Below, piece after piece: positions 40,973 through 49,749 of a stretch of DNA of 64,000 bases. Numbering within the stretch: position 1 is the first letter of the stretch; every line of letters begins with the position of its first letter. This DNA comes from Magnetococcales bacterium (lineage in GTDB: Bacteria; Pseudomonadota; Magnetococcia; Magnetococcales; UBA8363), in contig JADGCN010000002.1 in assembly GCA_015228975.1 (NCBI GenBank), forward strand, positions 6,323 to 70,322, written 5' to 3'. A program made the position numbers and the translations under genes. The notes below the pieces were generated by a model. That model was not told where the DNA came from, ran no database searches, and saw nothing but the letters and a program-made list of their open reading frames with translations.

Positions 40973-41520
40973 TCGCCTTTGGATCCAATATTGATCCATT
41001 GGTGAACGTGAGTCGGGGACTCGAATTGCTGAACCATGAGATGGGTATCGATAAAATGTCCACGGTTTGGCGTACGGTAGCGTTATGCGACCCGGATCAA
41101 CCAGGGGAGAAGGATGTGGGGGGGGATTATCTGAACGGCGTGGTTCTATTGCGGGTTGGCGCTTTGGCCGTACACCCCTTGGAACTGCGGCAGGTGCTGC
41201 GGTCCCTTGAGTATCGCTGTGGAAGGAGACGTGGCCCGAAAAGATACGCCCCTCGTACTTTGGATCTCGATATCGTCTTGATGGGCTCCACGGTGTTTGA
41301 CAGCGATGGGCTGGTTCTTCCCGATCCAGATCTGATGCGGCGTCCTTTTCTCGTGATGCCCTGCGCCGAACTGGCTCCCGATCTGATACATCCTCGGGAA
41401 CATCTTTCATTGGCCAGGCTGGTTCAAGATTTGCCAGCGCCCGAACTGACCATGCGTCGGGATGGGGCCGCTGAAAGCGCGTTGCTCGCCCTGCTGCAGT
41501 GTCATTCTGGCGTCCCTTGA
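40951..41520 (+). CDS. folK: 2-amino-4-hydroxy-6-hydroxymethyldihydropteridine diphosphokinase
   Basis: 189 aa. ILIAFGSNI.., PRTLDLDIV.. and LPDPDLMRRPFLVMPCAEL. Overlaps folB by 22 nt. Confidence 0.9.
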   Translation: MVDERILIAFGSNIDPLVNVSRGLELLNHEMGIDKMSTVWRTVALCDPDQPGEKDVGGDYLNGVVLLRVGALAVHPLELRQVLRSLEYRCGRRRGPKRYAPRTLDLDIVLMGSTVFDSDGLVLPDPDLMRRPFLVMPCAELAPDLIHPREHLSLARLVQDLPAPELTMRRDGAAESALLALLQCHSGVP

Positions 41521-41651
41521 GACCAGGATCGTTTTTGGGCTAACCTGATATCTTGAACGAAAGTTGCAGTTTTTTTAATCTTGTATTCCATTGCCCCGGG
41601 GAGTGTGCAGCGGCGACCCGGTGGCTTCTTAGACCATCAACTTGGGACTTA

Positions 41652-42545
41652 ATGACCATGTTTAAAGGGGTTTATACCGCCCTGATCACCCCATTCAAAG
41701 ACGGCGGCATCGATTGGGATGCGTTGGGTCGGTTGCTGGATGATCAGGTTGAAGCTGGGGTGAGTGGGGTTGTCCCTTGTGGTACCACCGGCGAATCGGC
41801 AACCCTGGACCATGACGAGCATCGTCAGGTTATTCAATTTTGTGTGGAGCGGGTGCAAAAACGTTTGCACGTGGTGGCGGGGACAGGGTCCAATTCTACC
41901 CGGGAATCCATTGCCCTGACGCGCCATGCCCGGGATGTCGGTGCCGATGGGGCGCTGATCATCACCCCGTACTACAACAAACCGGGTCAGGAAGGTCTGG
42001 TGCGGCATTATACCCGGATTGCCGAGGCGGTGGATATTCCCATCGTCCTCTACAATGTCCCCGGACGTACCGCTGTCGATATGACCGCCGATACGGTGAT
42101 CCGCCTGTCCCAGGTCAAGGGCATTGTGGCCATCAAGGAAGCCACGGCCAATATGGAACGGGCTGCCGTCATTCACCAACGCTGTGGTACGGCCATGACC
42201 TTGCTGTCCGGGGATGACGCAACGTTCTTGCCGTTTTTGGCGGTCGGTGGTCAGGGGATTATTTCCGTCACGGCCAATATCGCACCACGTCTCATGGTTG
42301 CTGTCTGGCAGGCCTGGCAGCAGGGTGATGTGGGTCTGGCGCGCAGTCGCCATGAGCAACTCCTGGATCTTAATCGGATCCTGTTTTGTGAAACCAACCC
42401 CATTCCGGTTAAGGCCGCCGCTGCCATGCTGGGGCTTTGTTCCGAGGAAATCCGTCTTCCCCTGACACCATTGGCCAAAGATAACCAACAACGGGTGCGC
42501 GATGTCATGGGAGAATTGGGTCTGTTTAATGCGGTCGGGAAATAA
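41652..42545 (+). CDS. dapA: 4-hydroxy-tetrahydrodipicolinate synthase
   Basis: MFKGVYTALITPF, GTTGES and YNVPGRT with the active-site Lys in AIKEA. The ORF-track start at 41553 is probably an extension. Confidence 0.93.
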   Translation: MTMFKGVYTALITPFKDGGIDWDALGRLLDDQVEAGVSGVVPCGTTGESATLDHDEHRQVIQFCVERVQKRLHVVAGTGSNSTRESIALTRHARDVGADGALIITPYYNKPGQEGLVRHYTRIAEAVDIPIVLYNVPGRTAVDMTADTVIRLSQVKGIVAIKEATANMERAAVIHQRCGTAMTLLSGDDATFLPFLAVGGQGIISVTANIAPRLMVAVWQAWQQGDVGLARSRHEQLLDLNRILFCETNPIPVKAAAAMLGLCSEEIRLPLTPLAKDNQQRVRDVMGELGLFNAVGK

Positions 42546-42688
42546 TCCAGGGAACCTTTACGGGCGCTTATGTTACCAATGTGTGGAAGTTATTCGGGAA
42601 AATGTCGTTAAAAAAAGTTGCAAACAGCGATGTGTTCGTGTCTAATGTTCAACAAATCAATCCCCCATTTCTTTTTAAGGTGAATGTT

Positions 42689-43099
42689 ATGAACAAATCA
42701 GTGCTTTTCCTGTCCGCTGCCGCCTTTGCCCTGTCCATGGCCTGCTCCAGTGCCTGGGCTGCTGGTGATGCCGAAAAAGGCAAAAAACTGGTTGAGGCCA
42801 AATGCACCACCTGCCATGCTTTTGGTAAGGCTATTGCCAAGGCCGGCAAGGTTGGCCCCTCTCTGGAGGCCGGTATTGTGGGCAAGCCCGCTGGTAAGGT
42901 CGCCGGTTTCGCCTATTCCCCGGGTCTGACGAAAATGTCCGGCGAGGGACTGGTGTGGGCTGAGGATAAGCTTGACAAATTCTTGAAAAATCCCAAAGAA
43001 TTCATCCAAGGCACCAAGATGATGGCTTTCCCCGGATTGGCAAGTGACGAAGAGCGGGCTGATGCCATTGCTTTCTTGAAGACACTTCCGACCCCCTGA
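42689..43099 (+). CDS. Soluble periplasmic class I c-type cytochrome (c2-like)
   Basis: Signal peptide MNKSVLFLSAAAFALSMACSSAWA, heme motif CTTCH and a distal Met in GTKMMAFPGL. Confidence 0.88.
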   Translation: MNKSVLFLSAAAFALSMACSSAWAAGDAEKGKKLVEAKCTTCHAFGKAIAKAGKVGPSLEAGIVGKPAGKVAGFAYSPGLTKMSGEGLVWAEDKLDKFLKNPKEFIQGTKMMAFPGLASDEERADAIAFLKTLPTP

Positions 43100-43135
43100 T
43101 AGGTTTATGATAACCTTCGGTTGGAGTTGAACGAT

Positions 43136-43162
43136 GGGCGGCCTCGTGCCGCCCTTTTTTTC
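43136..43162 (+). terminator. Rho-independent terminator
   Basis: GGGCGGC (43136-42), loop CTCGT, GCCGCCC (43148-54), then a T8 run. Confidence 0.8.
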
Positions 43163-43259
43163 TGCTGGATACTCTGATCGCGTGGTGTGGGTTCTCTCTT
43201 AATTGAGGGGTTTCAACGTGTTGTCTTGAACCTTAACCTGTTGGTGGGAGGTTCTGGAA

Positions 43260-43727
43260 GTGCGTGGCAACAAAGATTTTTTTGTGGTTTTTATAACCGT
43301 GGCGGGTGTGCTGGGCTTTGTTGTTCTCCTGCATTTTTTTGCTGAGGAGAGCCCGCTCGCCTCTCGGACTGCGCCGGTTGCTGCCATGACGGGCCTGGTG
43401 GATCAAGGAAGGCGCATCGCCAGGAATTGTTCACCCTGTCACGATATGACCAGTACTCGAAAATTAACCCAGGTGGGGCCTCCCCTGTGGGGCATTGTCG
43501 GCAAGGGGGCTGGTGCTGTGCCCGGATATAAATATTCCCAGGCCCACGCCAGCGCCGGACAGAGTGGCGTTGTATGGAACGAATCTTCCCTCAATCGATA
43601 TCTTGATAATCCCAAGGAATTCATTCCTGGTAATAAAATGGCTTTTGCTGGCCTGCATGATGACGTGGAACGTAAAGCCTTAATTGAATATCTTAAAACA
43701 TTGCAAGAACCGAAAGATGCCGGATGA
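43260..43727 (+). CDS. Membrane-anchored class I c-type cytochrome (cy/c2-like paralogue)
   Basis: GTG start with a GGGAGG Shine-Dalgarno 8 nt upstream. N-terminal TM anchor FFVVFITVAGVLGFVVLL, heme motif CSPCH and NKMAFAGL. The C-terminal half is a paralogue of 42689-43099 (NPKEFI.G.KM.F.GL....R...I.(F/Y)LKTL). Confidence 0.85.
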   Translation: MRGNKDFFVVFITVAGVLGFVVLLHFFAEESPLASRTAPVAAMTGLVDQGRRIARNCSPCHDMTSTRKLTQVGPPLWGIVGKGAGAVPGYKYSQAHASAGQSGVVWNESSLNRYLDNPKEFIPGNKMAFAGLHDDVERKALIEYLKTLQEPKDAG

Positions 43728-43857
43728 CCCCATGGATTGATGGTGCGAACCGCAATCGGGATTTGATTGCACATTTGCGTTTCTTGAAATAACATCCGCA
43801 TTGATTGCGTCAACGCGAGACGTGGATGGATGGGTCATTCTTAAACCTGTGAGCGCC

Positions 43858-44307
43858 ATGGGCATCAAAATAATCAGCGACAACCGGAAGGCGCGCTTCA
43901 ACTATGAAATCCTCGAAAAATTGGAGGTCGGGATCGTTTTGACCGGCACCGAGGTGAAATCATTGCGCGCTGGCAAACTGAATATGGGCGAATCTTATGC
44001 TACGGTCATGCGCGAGGAATTGTTTTGGCTGCGTGCCAATATTCCCACCTATAGCCACGGTAACCAGTTCAATCACGATCCCCTGCGCATTCGCAAACTT
44101 TTGGTACATAAGAAAGAATTAAACCGTTTTATCGGCATCACCCAGGAGAAGGGCCTGACCCTCGTCCCCTTGAAGGTCTATTGGAAGGATGGCAAGGTCA
44201 AGTTGGAACTCGGGGTGGGGCGGGGTAAAAAATTGTTCGATAAGCGTAAAACCATTCGTGATCGCGACTGGAACCGCGATAAGGCACGCGTCCTTAAAGG
44301 GGGATAG
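43858..44307 (+). CDS. smpB: SsrA-binding protein
   Basis: IISDNRKARFNYEILEKLEVGIVLTGTEVKSLR and KRKTIRDRDW. The ORF-track start at 43801 is an extension. Confidence 0.95.
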   Translation: MGIKIISDNRKARFNYEILEKLEVGIVLTGTEVKSLRAGKLNMGESYATVMREELFWLRANIPTYSHGNQFNHDPLRIRKLLVHKKELNRFIGITQEKGLTLVPLKVYWKDGKVKLELGVGRGKKLFDKRKTIRDRDWNRDKARVLKGG

Positions 44308-44336
44308 ACTCTGGGATACGGTTGGAAAGGTCGCGT

Positions 44337-45101
44337 TTATGCATCGACCGTGAAATGGACCCGTTCTCCCGTTTGGGCGTTGAACCGGTGTTGCGCGCTC
44401 CCTTGATTGACGATGATTTCGATGGTTCCAAAACCTCCTGCAACCAATGCCGCTTCTCCCAGGGGTACCGAGGCAAAGGTGTTGACCAATGTGCCACACG
44501 CTTGTCCGTGAATCGTTCCCCGCAGTGTCTTTCCTGCCACCACGGATTTTGGCAGGGCGGTAATCAGGTTGCCGTATCGGTCACTCAACATGATGGTTGC
44601 GTCAAATCCACCCGCGACGACCGACCACCCCGGGTCGTTGCACCGGACCGGGTCATGCACCGGCGTTCCAAGATTTTCCAAGGTTTCTCCGTTGTGGAGC
44701 CTGGCGGCTACTGGGGCGAACAGGTCACGTCCATGAAAGGTAGGTGCTGCATGGGCATTCCTTGGCAGGGATACCGCTTGCCAATCGGCATTCTGGAAAA
44801 TGGGTGTTAAAAGTCCATTATCTGGGCCTACATAAAAGCTTATGCCCGAGCTGATGGCCAAACCCCGTCGCGAGCTTCCCACCCCGGGATCAACAACACA
44901 GAGCCATATGGATGGCGCTGGCATGATTGGCAGGCACCGCTCAAGCAACCAGGCACCGCTGGCAATGGAAAACGGTGGCAGGTCATGGTACAGGTCGATG
45001 ATTCTGGCTTCAGGGGCATAACGATGTAACACCCCTTTGACTTGCCCAACATAGGGGTCCGAGGTTCCGAAATCGGTCAACAGGACAAAGGGGATATTCA
45101 A
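44337..45101 (-). CDS. SAM hydroxide adenosyltransferase family (DUF62, chlorinase/fluorinase-like) protein
   Basis: 254 aa. The LLTDFGTSDPYVGQVKGVL N-terminus is typical of DUF62. The TTG start overlaps the stop of the upstream gene (TTGA). Confidence 0.82.
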   Translation of the reverse strand: MNIPFVLLTDFGTSDPYVGQVKGVLHRYAPEARIIDLYHDLPPFSIASGAWLLERCLPIMPAPSIWLCVVDPGVGSSRRGLAISSGISFYVGPDNGLLTPIFQNADWQAVSLPRNAHAAPTFHGRDLFAPVAARLHNGETLENLGTPVHDPVRCNDPGWSVVAGGFDATIMLSDRYGNLITALPKSVVAGKTLRGTIHGQACGTLVNTFASVPLGEAALVAGGFGTIEIIVNQGSAQHRFNAQTGERVHFTVDA

Positions 45102-46066
45102 AGCGGGGGGGTGGTCGGGTTATTTTGGACCAGGGGATCGGTCTTAAGGCTGTCTTGCAGGGCAATAAACCCGGCTTTGCGTATAATTTCCTGACCTTGC
45201 GATCCCTGTACCCAATCGATAAAAGGTTGTGCCAGGGAGACACGCGAATCCAGAACCAGGAAAAACAAAGGTCGCGCCAAAGGATAAAGACCCTTGTGGG
45301 TAAAGTCGGCAGTTGGGGGGACGCAGGCGGTTTCCTGGGCATCATCGCCGGCAACACAGACGGTTTTGACGTCGTTGGTGACGGTTGCCATACTGGTGAA
45401 AGCGATGGCGCATGGGGAAAGCGCAACCTTTTCCATCAACTTTTCTGGCTGGCGGATGGTGATCAGGTTGGCGTGAAAATGATTATGCTCCTTTAAAACC
45501 GTTTCACGGAAATAGAAATAGTCACCCGAATTGTTTTTCCGCGATATCCTTTGGATGGTGTTGTTATCGCAACCGGGTACCTCCACGCCAAGATCGGACC
45601 AGCGGGAATAACCGCCAGAGTTACCGAAGATGCGTGTCAACTGGCTCATGGTCAAGCCATTGAGGGGGTTGCTTTTGTGTACGACGATGGACAAGGCATC
45701 CATACCGATGATGTGTGTTTTAGGAAGTTTCCCGGAACGTTGAGATATCAGGCGAATTTCTCTTTCTTTCAGGTTGCGGGTGGTAACGGCGATATCAACA
45801 TGGCCGTTGATGAGGGCGGCAATACCATTGCCCGATCCCCCACCGTCCACTTCAAAAAAGACCCCGGGATTATTGGCATGATAGATCTTGGTCCAGGCCA
45901 GGACCACATCGACCATGGCATTGGAACCTTTGATGTGAATGAGATTCACGGCTTCCGAGGAACCTTGCGCCGGGTAGGGGCCGAGGAGAAGGGCTGCCGT
46001 CAGGTTCAGGAATACGAAGAGAATTGTGCGGAGTGTCGGGTGCCTTGTGATGTGTTGTGTTCCCAT
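45098..46066 (-). CDS. PstS-like periplasmic substrate-binding protein (orphan, no pstCAB adjacent)
   Basis: 322 aa. Signal peptide, then IKGSNAMVDVV..VDGGGSGNGIAALINGHVDIA..R (PBP_like_2 pattern). The start lies 2 nt after the upstream stop. Confidence 0.8.
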   Translation of the reverse strand: MGTQHITRHPTLRTILFVFLNLTAALLLGPYPAQGSSEAVNLIHIKGSNAMVDVVLAWTKIYHANNPGVFFEVDGGGSGNGIAALINGHVDIAVTTRNLKEREIRLISQRSGKLPKTHIIGMDALSIVVHKSNPLNGLTMSQLTRIFGNSGGYSRWSDLGVEVPGCDNNTIQRISRKNNSGDYFYFRETVLKEHNHFHANLITIRQPEKLMEKVALSPCAIAFTSMATVTNDVKTVCVAGDDAQETACVPPTADFTHKGLYPLARPLFFLVLDSRVSLAQPFIDWVQGSQGQEIIRKAGFIALQDSLKTDPLVQNNPTTPPL

Positions 46067-46068
46067 TG

Positions 46069-48291
46069 TCAGGCGACCGCCAATTCCAGGCTATTGGTGT
46101 CCAGGGTACAGTGGATATGCAGTGCGGCATCCTGGAGCAATGGTTTGTCGAAGGATTGGCTGGCGATGAAAAATTGCTGGATCGTATCGCTGATGCCAGC
46201 CAAGGCCCGGTACGACTCAAGGAAACGGTCGCGGTCGTAATGGGCAAACGGTTCATCGAGCATCATGAACTGTGCATGCGCTTGGGTGCGGGCGGTTATG
46301 GCCTGGGTCAAGGCGAAACGCAACGCCAGCATTAATTGACGCCGCAGACCGCGTGAGGTCTCCAGCATATCGACATAATCATTCTTGCTGGGGGAGAAGG
46401 CGGACAGATTCAATTTGTCATCGACGCGCAAATGTTGATAGCGGCCATGGGTGAATAAAGGTGCCGATTTGGCAATCTGTCTTTTAAGTTCATGGCTGAA
46501 GGCGAGGGCGATCTCATGAATGGTTCCGTGAATCAGCCGCCGTCCCAGGGTGCGGACATCGACGCCATGGGAGGTTTGGCTGTAACTCGCCGTGAGTTCT
46601 TGGTGACGCGCCTGCAGGCTTTGATGACGCTGATGGCGTTGTTGTTCGTGACGGATTTCCTGATCCAGAATGGCCAGATTGTCGGTGACGGCACTCAGTT
46701 GATCGCGGGCCTGTTGCAGGGCGTCATCCTGTCTTTTGAACATGCCCTCCAGCACCGAATGCAAACGATCAGCATCTTCTTTGAACTGGGCAATCAAATG
46801 GAGCAGCGCCTGTTCGTCGCCCATATTGCGACCGTGGGATTGCATCCAGAGCTGCAAAGTTTCCTGCCATTCGACCTTGTCGCCCAGAGAATTCAGTCGG
46901 GCGATCTGTTGGCACAGGGTGAGCTTGGCGCTCTCTTCCAAAGCGGCGACAATTTTTTGTTCCGATCCGGCACGTAATTGCAGGTTGTAACGCGCCTGCT
47001 TGTTATGGGAACGGACGGCCAGGCTGTTGATGAATTGACCGAGGCCAAAAAAGGAAATCATAAGAAAAAACAAACCCGTTCCCATGGCGGCGTGCAGGTG
47101 GATTGTCTCCATGTGCGGCAGTAGCTTGGCCAGCGATTGGGCTATGGTACTGATATGGGAATTGTGGGAAAAAAAGGAGAGGGCGAATCCGCCAAGACCC
47201 ATGGGGAGACCCAGGGGAAGAAAAACCAAAAATTTTACAATTCCCCGGCGGCTGGTCAGGGATGCTCGGGTGTCCTCTTCCGTCAAGGCTTTCTGCTGAC
47301 CGGCCAAAGTTTCACCATCGGTGCCCGAAAGCCAGTGGGAACGAGACAGTCTGTCCTGGTCGGCCCTGTTGACGATGGCGTTGAAGGCCTGGAGATTTTC
47401 GATGGTTTGTTGCGCTTTGCTGCGAATCCTGGCGACCATTGCGGCGGCTTCGCCCAGGTCCAGTGTGGTAAGCGACGAAAGGGAGGATTGCAGGCTTTTT
47501 AAATTGTGATGCCAAATGGGCAAAGTGGCTTGCCGGCCTTGTTCGATTGCGTTGCTCAGATGACCGGTTGCCACCTGAAAACCGGATCGCAAGACCTCTA
47601 TCTGTCGGGTTTGGTTGCTGATGGTCGTTTCGAGACTCTTCTGCCGTTCCGTGTTCACAGCAAACTTTTGTTGCAGTTCCGGCAATAGTTGGGGTTGCAG
47701 ATTGAGATCGGTCAACTCCTGGGTGACACCGGTGAGTTCGGCATTGAGGCGACTTTGTTGATCCCGTCCCGATCTGATTTCCGCCTCCAAATGTGCCGAA
47801 AGGTTTTCAAGGTCATCAACACCGGCAACCATGCGGACGATGGCCTCCGGGTTTTCCCCCTCCGGTGACCCCTGGGACAGATACGCTGTTTCGAGAAAAT
47901 GAGAGAATTCCATACCGGCGGCTTGGATCATCGCTTCGTCGACTTCCGTTGCCCCGGCGAGGGGAACCTCCTGGTCTTGAACGATCAAACGAGCCAGGTT
48001 GTGCGGTTCTTGGCGGTTGAATTGGCGATGGATCGTGACGTTTTGTCCGCTGGAACTGATGAAATCAAGGGAAATGGAACCTTGCGCAGTGCCCCAATGG
48101 AGGATTTTTTCGATCTGGTTGTGGTCCAGGTTGGCCGTGCGACCAAAAAGGGCCAGGCAAATGGTTTCGAAAATGGCCGACTTGCCTGATTCGTTATCGC
48201 CACTGATGACGATGTTCCCCCGGGTGGGGAAAGAAAGATCCAGGTGCGCGAAGCGCAGAATGTTTTCGGCCTTCAGGTGGCGGATAATCAT
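46069..48291 (-). CDS. Rad50/SbcC/SMC-like AAA ATPase with a central transmembrane hairpin (YhaN-like architecture)
   Basis: 740 aa. N-terminal Walker A ISGDNESGKSAIFETICLALFG, long Q/E/L-rich coiled-coil arms, two hydrophobic helices at aa 351-374 and 401-426 (nt about 47014-47241), and a C-terminal Walker B QFMMLDEPFAHYD. Confidence 0.8.
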   Translation of the reverse strand: MIIRHLKAENILRFAHLDLSFPTRGNIVISGDNESGKSAIFETICLALFGRTANLDHNQIEKILHWGTAQGSISLDFISSSGQNVTIHRQFNRQEPHNLARLIVQDQEVPLAGATEVDEAMIQAAGMEFSHFLETAYLSQGSPEGENPEAIVRMVAGVDDLENLSAHLEAEIRSGRDQQSRLNAELTGVTQELTDLNLQPQLLPELQQKFAVNTERQKSLETTISNQTRQIEVLRSGFQVATGHLSNAIEQGRQATLPIWHHNLKSLQSSLSSLTTLDLGEAAAMVARIRSKAQQTIENLQAFNAIVNRADQDRLSRSHWLSGTDGETLAGQQKALTEEDTRASLTSRRGIVKFLVFLPLGLPMGLGGFALSFFSHNSHISTIAQSLAKLLPHMETIHLHAAMGTGLFFLMISFFGLGQFINSLAVRSHNKQARYNLQLRAGSEQKIVAALEESAKLTLCQQIARLNSLGDKVEWQETLQLWMQSHGRNMGDEQALLHLIAQFKEDADRLHSVLEGMFKRQDDALQQARDQLSAVTDNLAILDQEIRHEQQRHQRHQSLQARHQELTASYSQTSHGVDVRTLGRRLIHGTIHEIALAFSHELKRQIAKSAPLFTHGRYQHLRVDDKLNLSAFSPSKNDYVDMLETSRGLRRQLMLALRFALTQAITARTQAHAQFMMLDEPFAHYDRDRFLESYRALAGISDTIQQFFIASQSFDKPLLQDAALHIHCTLDTNSLELAVA

Positions 48292-48482
48292 GACTTTTGA
48301 CCTCCTGATCCCATGCGCGACAGGACAAAGGCGCGGGCATCTTCAAACAAGACTGGATCGAAGGATGCATCGGTGGTTTCCAGGCGACGCCGTTCGCGAT
48401 TACAATAGGCTTCAAAGGCGGTAGCTGGCGTCAGGAGTCGGAAGTTCCGATCTGAGACTTGAGAAGGTTTGTTTGCAGACAT
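48288..48482 (-). CDS. Small hypothetical protein translationally coupled to the SMC-like ATPase
   Basis: 64-aa ORF whose stop overlaps the ATPase start (ATGA). No family recognised and the Shine-Dalgarno is weak. Confidence 0.45.
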   Translation of the reverse strand: MSANKPSQVSDRNFRLLTPATAFEAYCNRERRRLETTDASFDPVLFEDARAFVLSRMGSGGQKS

Positions 48483-48633
48483 GAGGGGACCCCAACAGGT
48501 TGTTGCTTACGCGACCGATCCGGGACTTTAATCAACAGTGTACTCAAGGTTGCTCCGGGTCAACAGGTATAACGTGGCATCGATGGAAAAAAGTGTCCTT
48601 AAGACCCTGTCGTGGCATCAGTCGGGTGGCGTG

Positions 48634-49749
48634 TCAGGGTGAAGAGGCGGCATGTCCGACCAGGTGTACCGGGGCATAGCCGCTTCCCGGCTCGCGCAAC
48701 GTCGTGATCTGGCCCTGATAAATACGGGCCGCGACTCCCAAGATGTGATGGCGGTAGACGAAAAATCGAAAATCACTTTTCACCGGTTGCTCCCGGTTCG
48801 GGCAGGTGAGCGTGCTGGGTGGTGCCAGACGTTGCACCAATGTTTGTTCCGGGTTGAGGGCGTTAAAGCGGGTTTTGGAAATATTGCGCCCCAGGAGAAC
48901 ACCCTTGCCGCCATGAGAACTGACAGGTTTGAACACCCAGTGTCGCCGTTCTCGCCAGACCTCCGCGGCATCCAGGTTGTCCAAGGTTCGGGTTTGCGGG
49001 GTGATGGTGAGCAACATCCGACGTTGTTCCGGGGTGAGGTCCAAGGTTGCCAGGATATTGGCATCACTCCACAGGATCATGCGTCGTTTGTCGGCCAGGA
49101 GGCCGTAGGTTCGGGGGTTGGGGGTGAGGCAGACCTTGCGCTGTAGAAAGGCGGAGCGCACACCGGCCATGGCGGGGGATTCCAGATAAAAATCGCAATG
49201 GCGATTGTAGATCAAATCAACCACTCTGCCCTGGTAGAGCAAAGAATCATTCCGCCACTCCAAGGCTTCGGGGGTGACAATGGCGGTTTGGATGCCATTC
49301 CGGGTGAACTGATCGGCAAACGCTTGCATTTCTGGATAGAGGAATTGCTCCTCTGGTTTGTCGTCCACGATCACCACATGTTGGGGCTTGTTTTTCTTCC
49401 CGTGGGAAAAACGTGATATTTCCTGTTGGAAGCAATCCATGACGGCATTGCGACGACCATGGCAGGGGAAGGTTGTGCCCTGGGCGCGCCAGGCGAGCAA
49501 TGCGCCACCAGCGTTGGTGTTGACTTCGATAAGGCGTGGCCCCTCGGGTGTGAGGTGGAAATCATAGCCCATCATGACCGATTCATGTCCCGGGTCATGG
49601 CGTGCCGTCTCGGGAACCAGGGGTGCGACCCGTTGCTGATAGTCGGGGGAGAGGTGCAGCGTGTGCAAGAGGCGGATGAAGCGGATCATGGTTTTGGCGT
49701 GCGCCATGGGAAGGGTAACCGGGCAATCGGCGGAATTGAGTTCAGTCAT
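48634..49749 (-). CDS. ATP-grasp-fold protein (glutathionylspermidine-synthase / circularly permuted ATP-grasp-like), tentative
   Basis: 371 aa. MGYDFHLTPEGPRLIEVNTNAGG resembles the D-F-x-L-x-x-x-G-P-x-L-(I/L)-E-x-N motif of pre-ATP-grasp families. The start overlaps the upstream MFS stop by 4 nt. Confidence 0.55.
   Translation of the reverse strand: MTELNSADCPVTLPMAHAKTMIRFIRLLHTLHLSPDYQQRVAPLVPETARHDPGHESVMMGYDFHLTPEGPRLIEVNTNAGGALLAWRAQGTTFPCHGRRNAVMDCFQQEISRFSHGKKNKPQHVVIVDDKPEEQFLYPEMQAFADQFTRNGIQTAIVTPEALEWRNDSLLYQGRVVDLIYNRHCDFYLESPAMAGVRSAFLQRKVCLTPNPRTYGLLADKRRMILWSDANILATLDLTPEQRRMLLTITPQTRTLDNLDAAEVWRERRHWVFKPVSSHGGKGVLLGRNISKTRFNALNPEQTLVQRLAPPSTLTCPNREQPVKSDFRFFVYRHHILGVAARIYQGQITTLREPGSGYAPVHLVGHAASSP

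Noticed and set aside
41649-42491. 280-aa minus-strand ORF antisense to dapA
   Set aside because: It is antisense to a full-length, motif-bearing dapA. The same reasoning rejects 9809-10540, 22851-23549, 40730-41410, 45551-46240, 49848-50666, 56708-57616 and 62621-63448.
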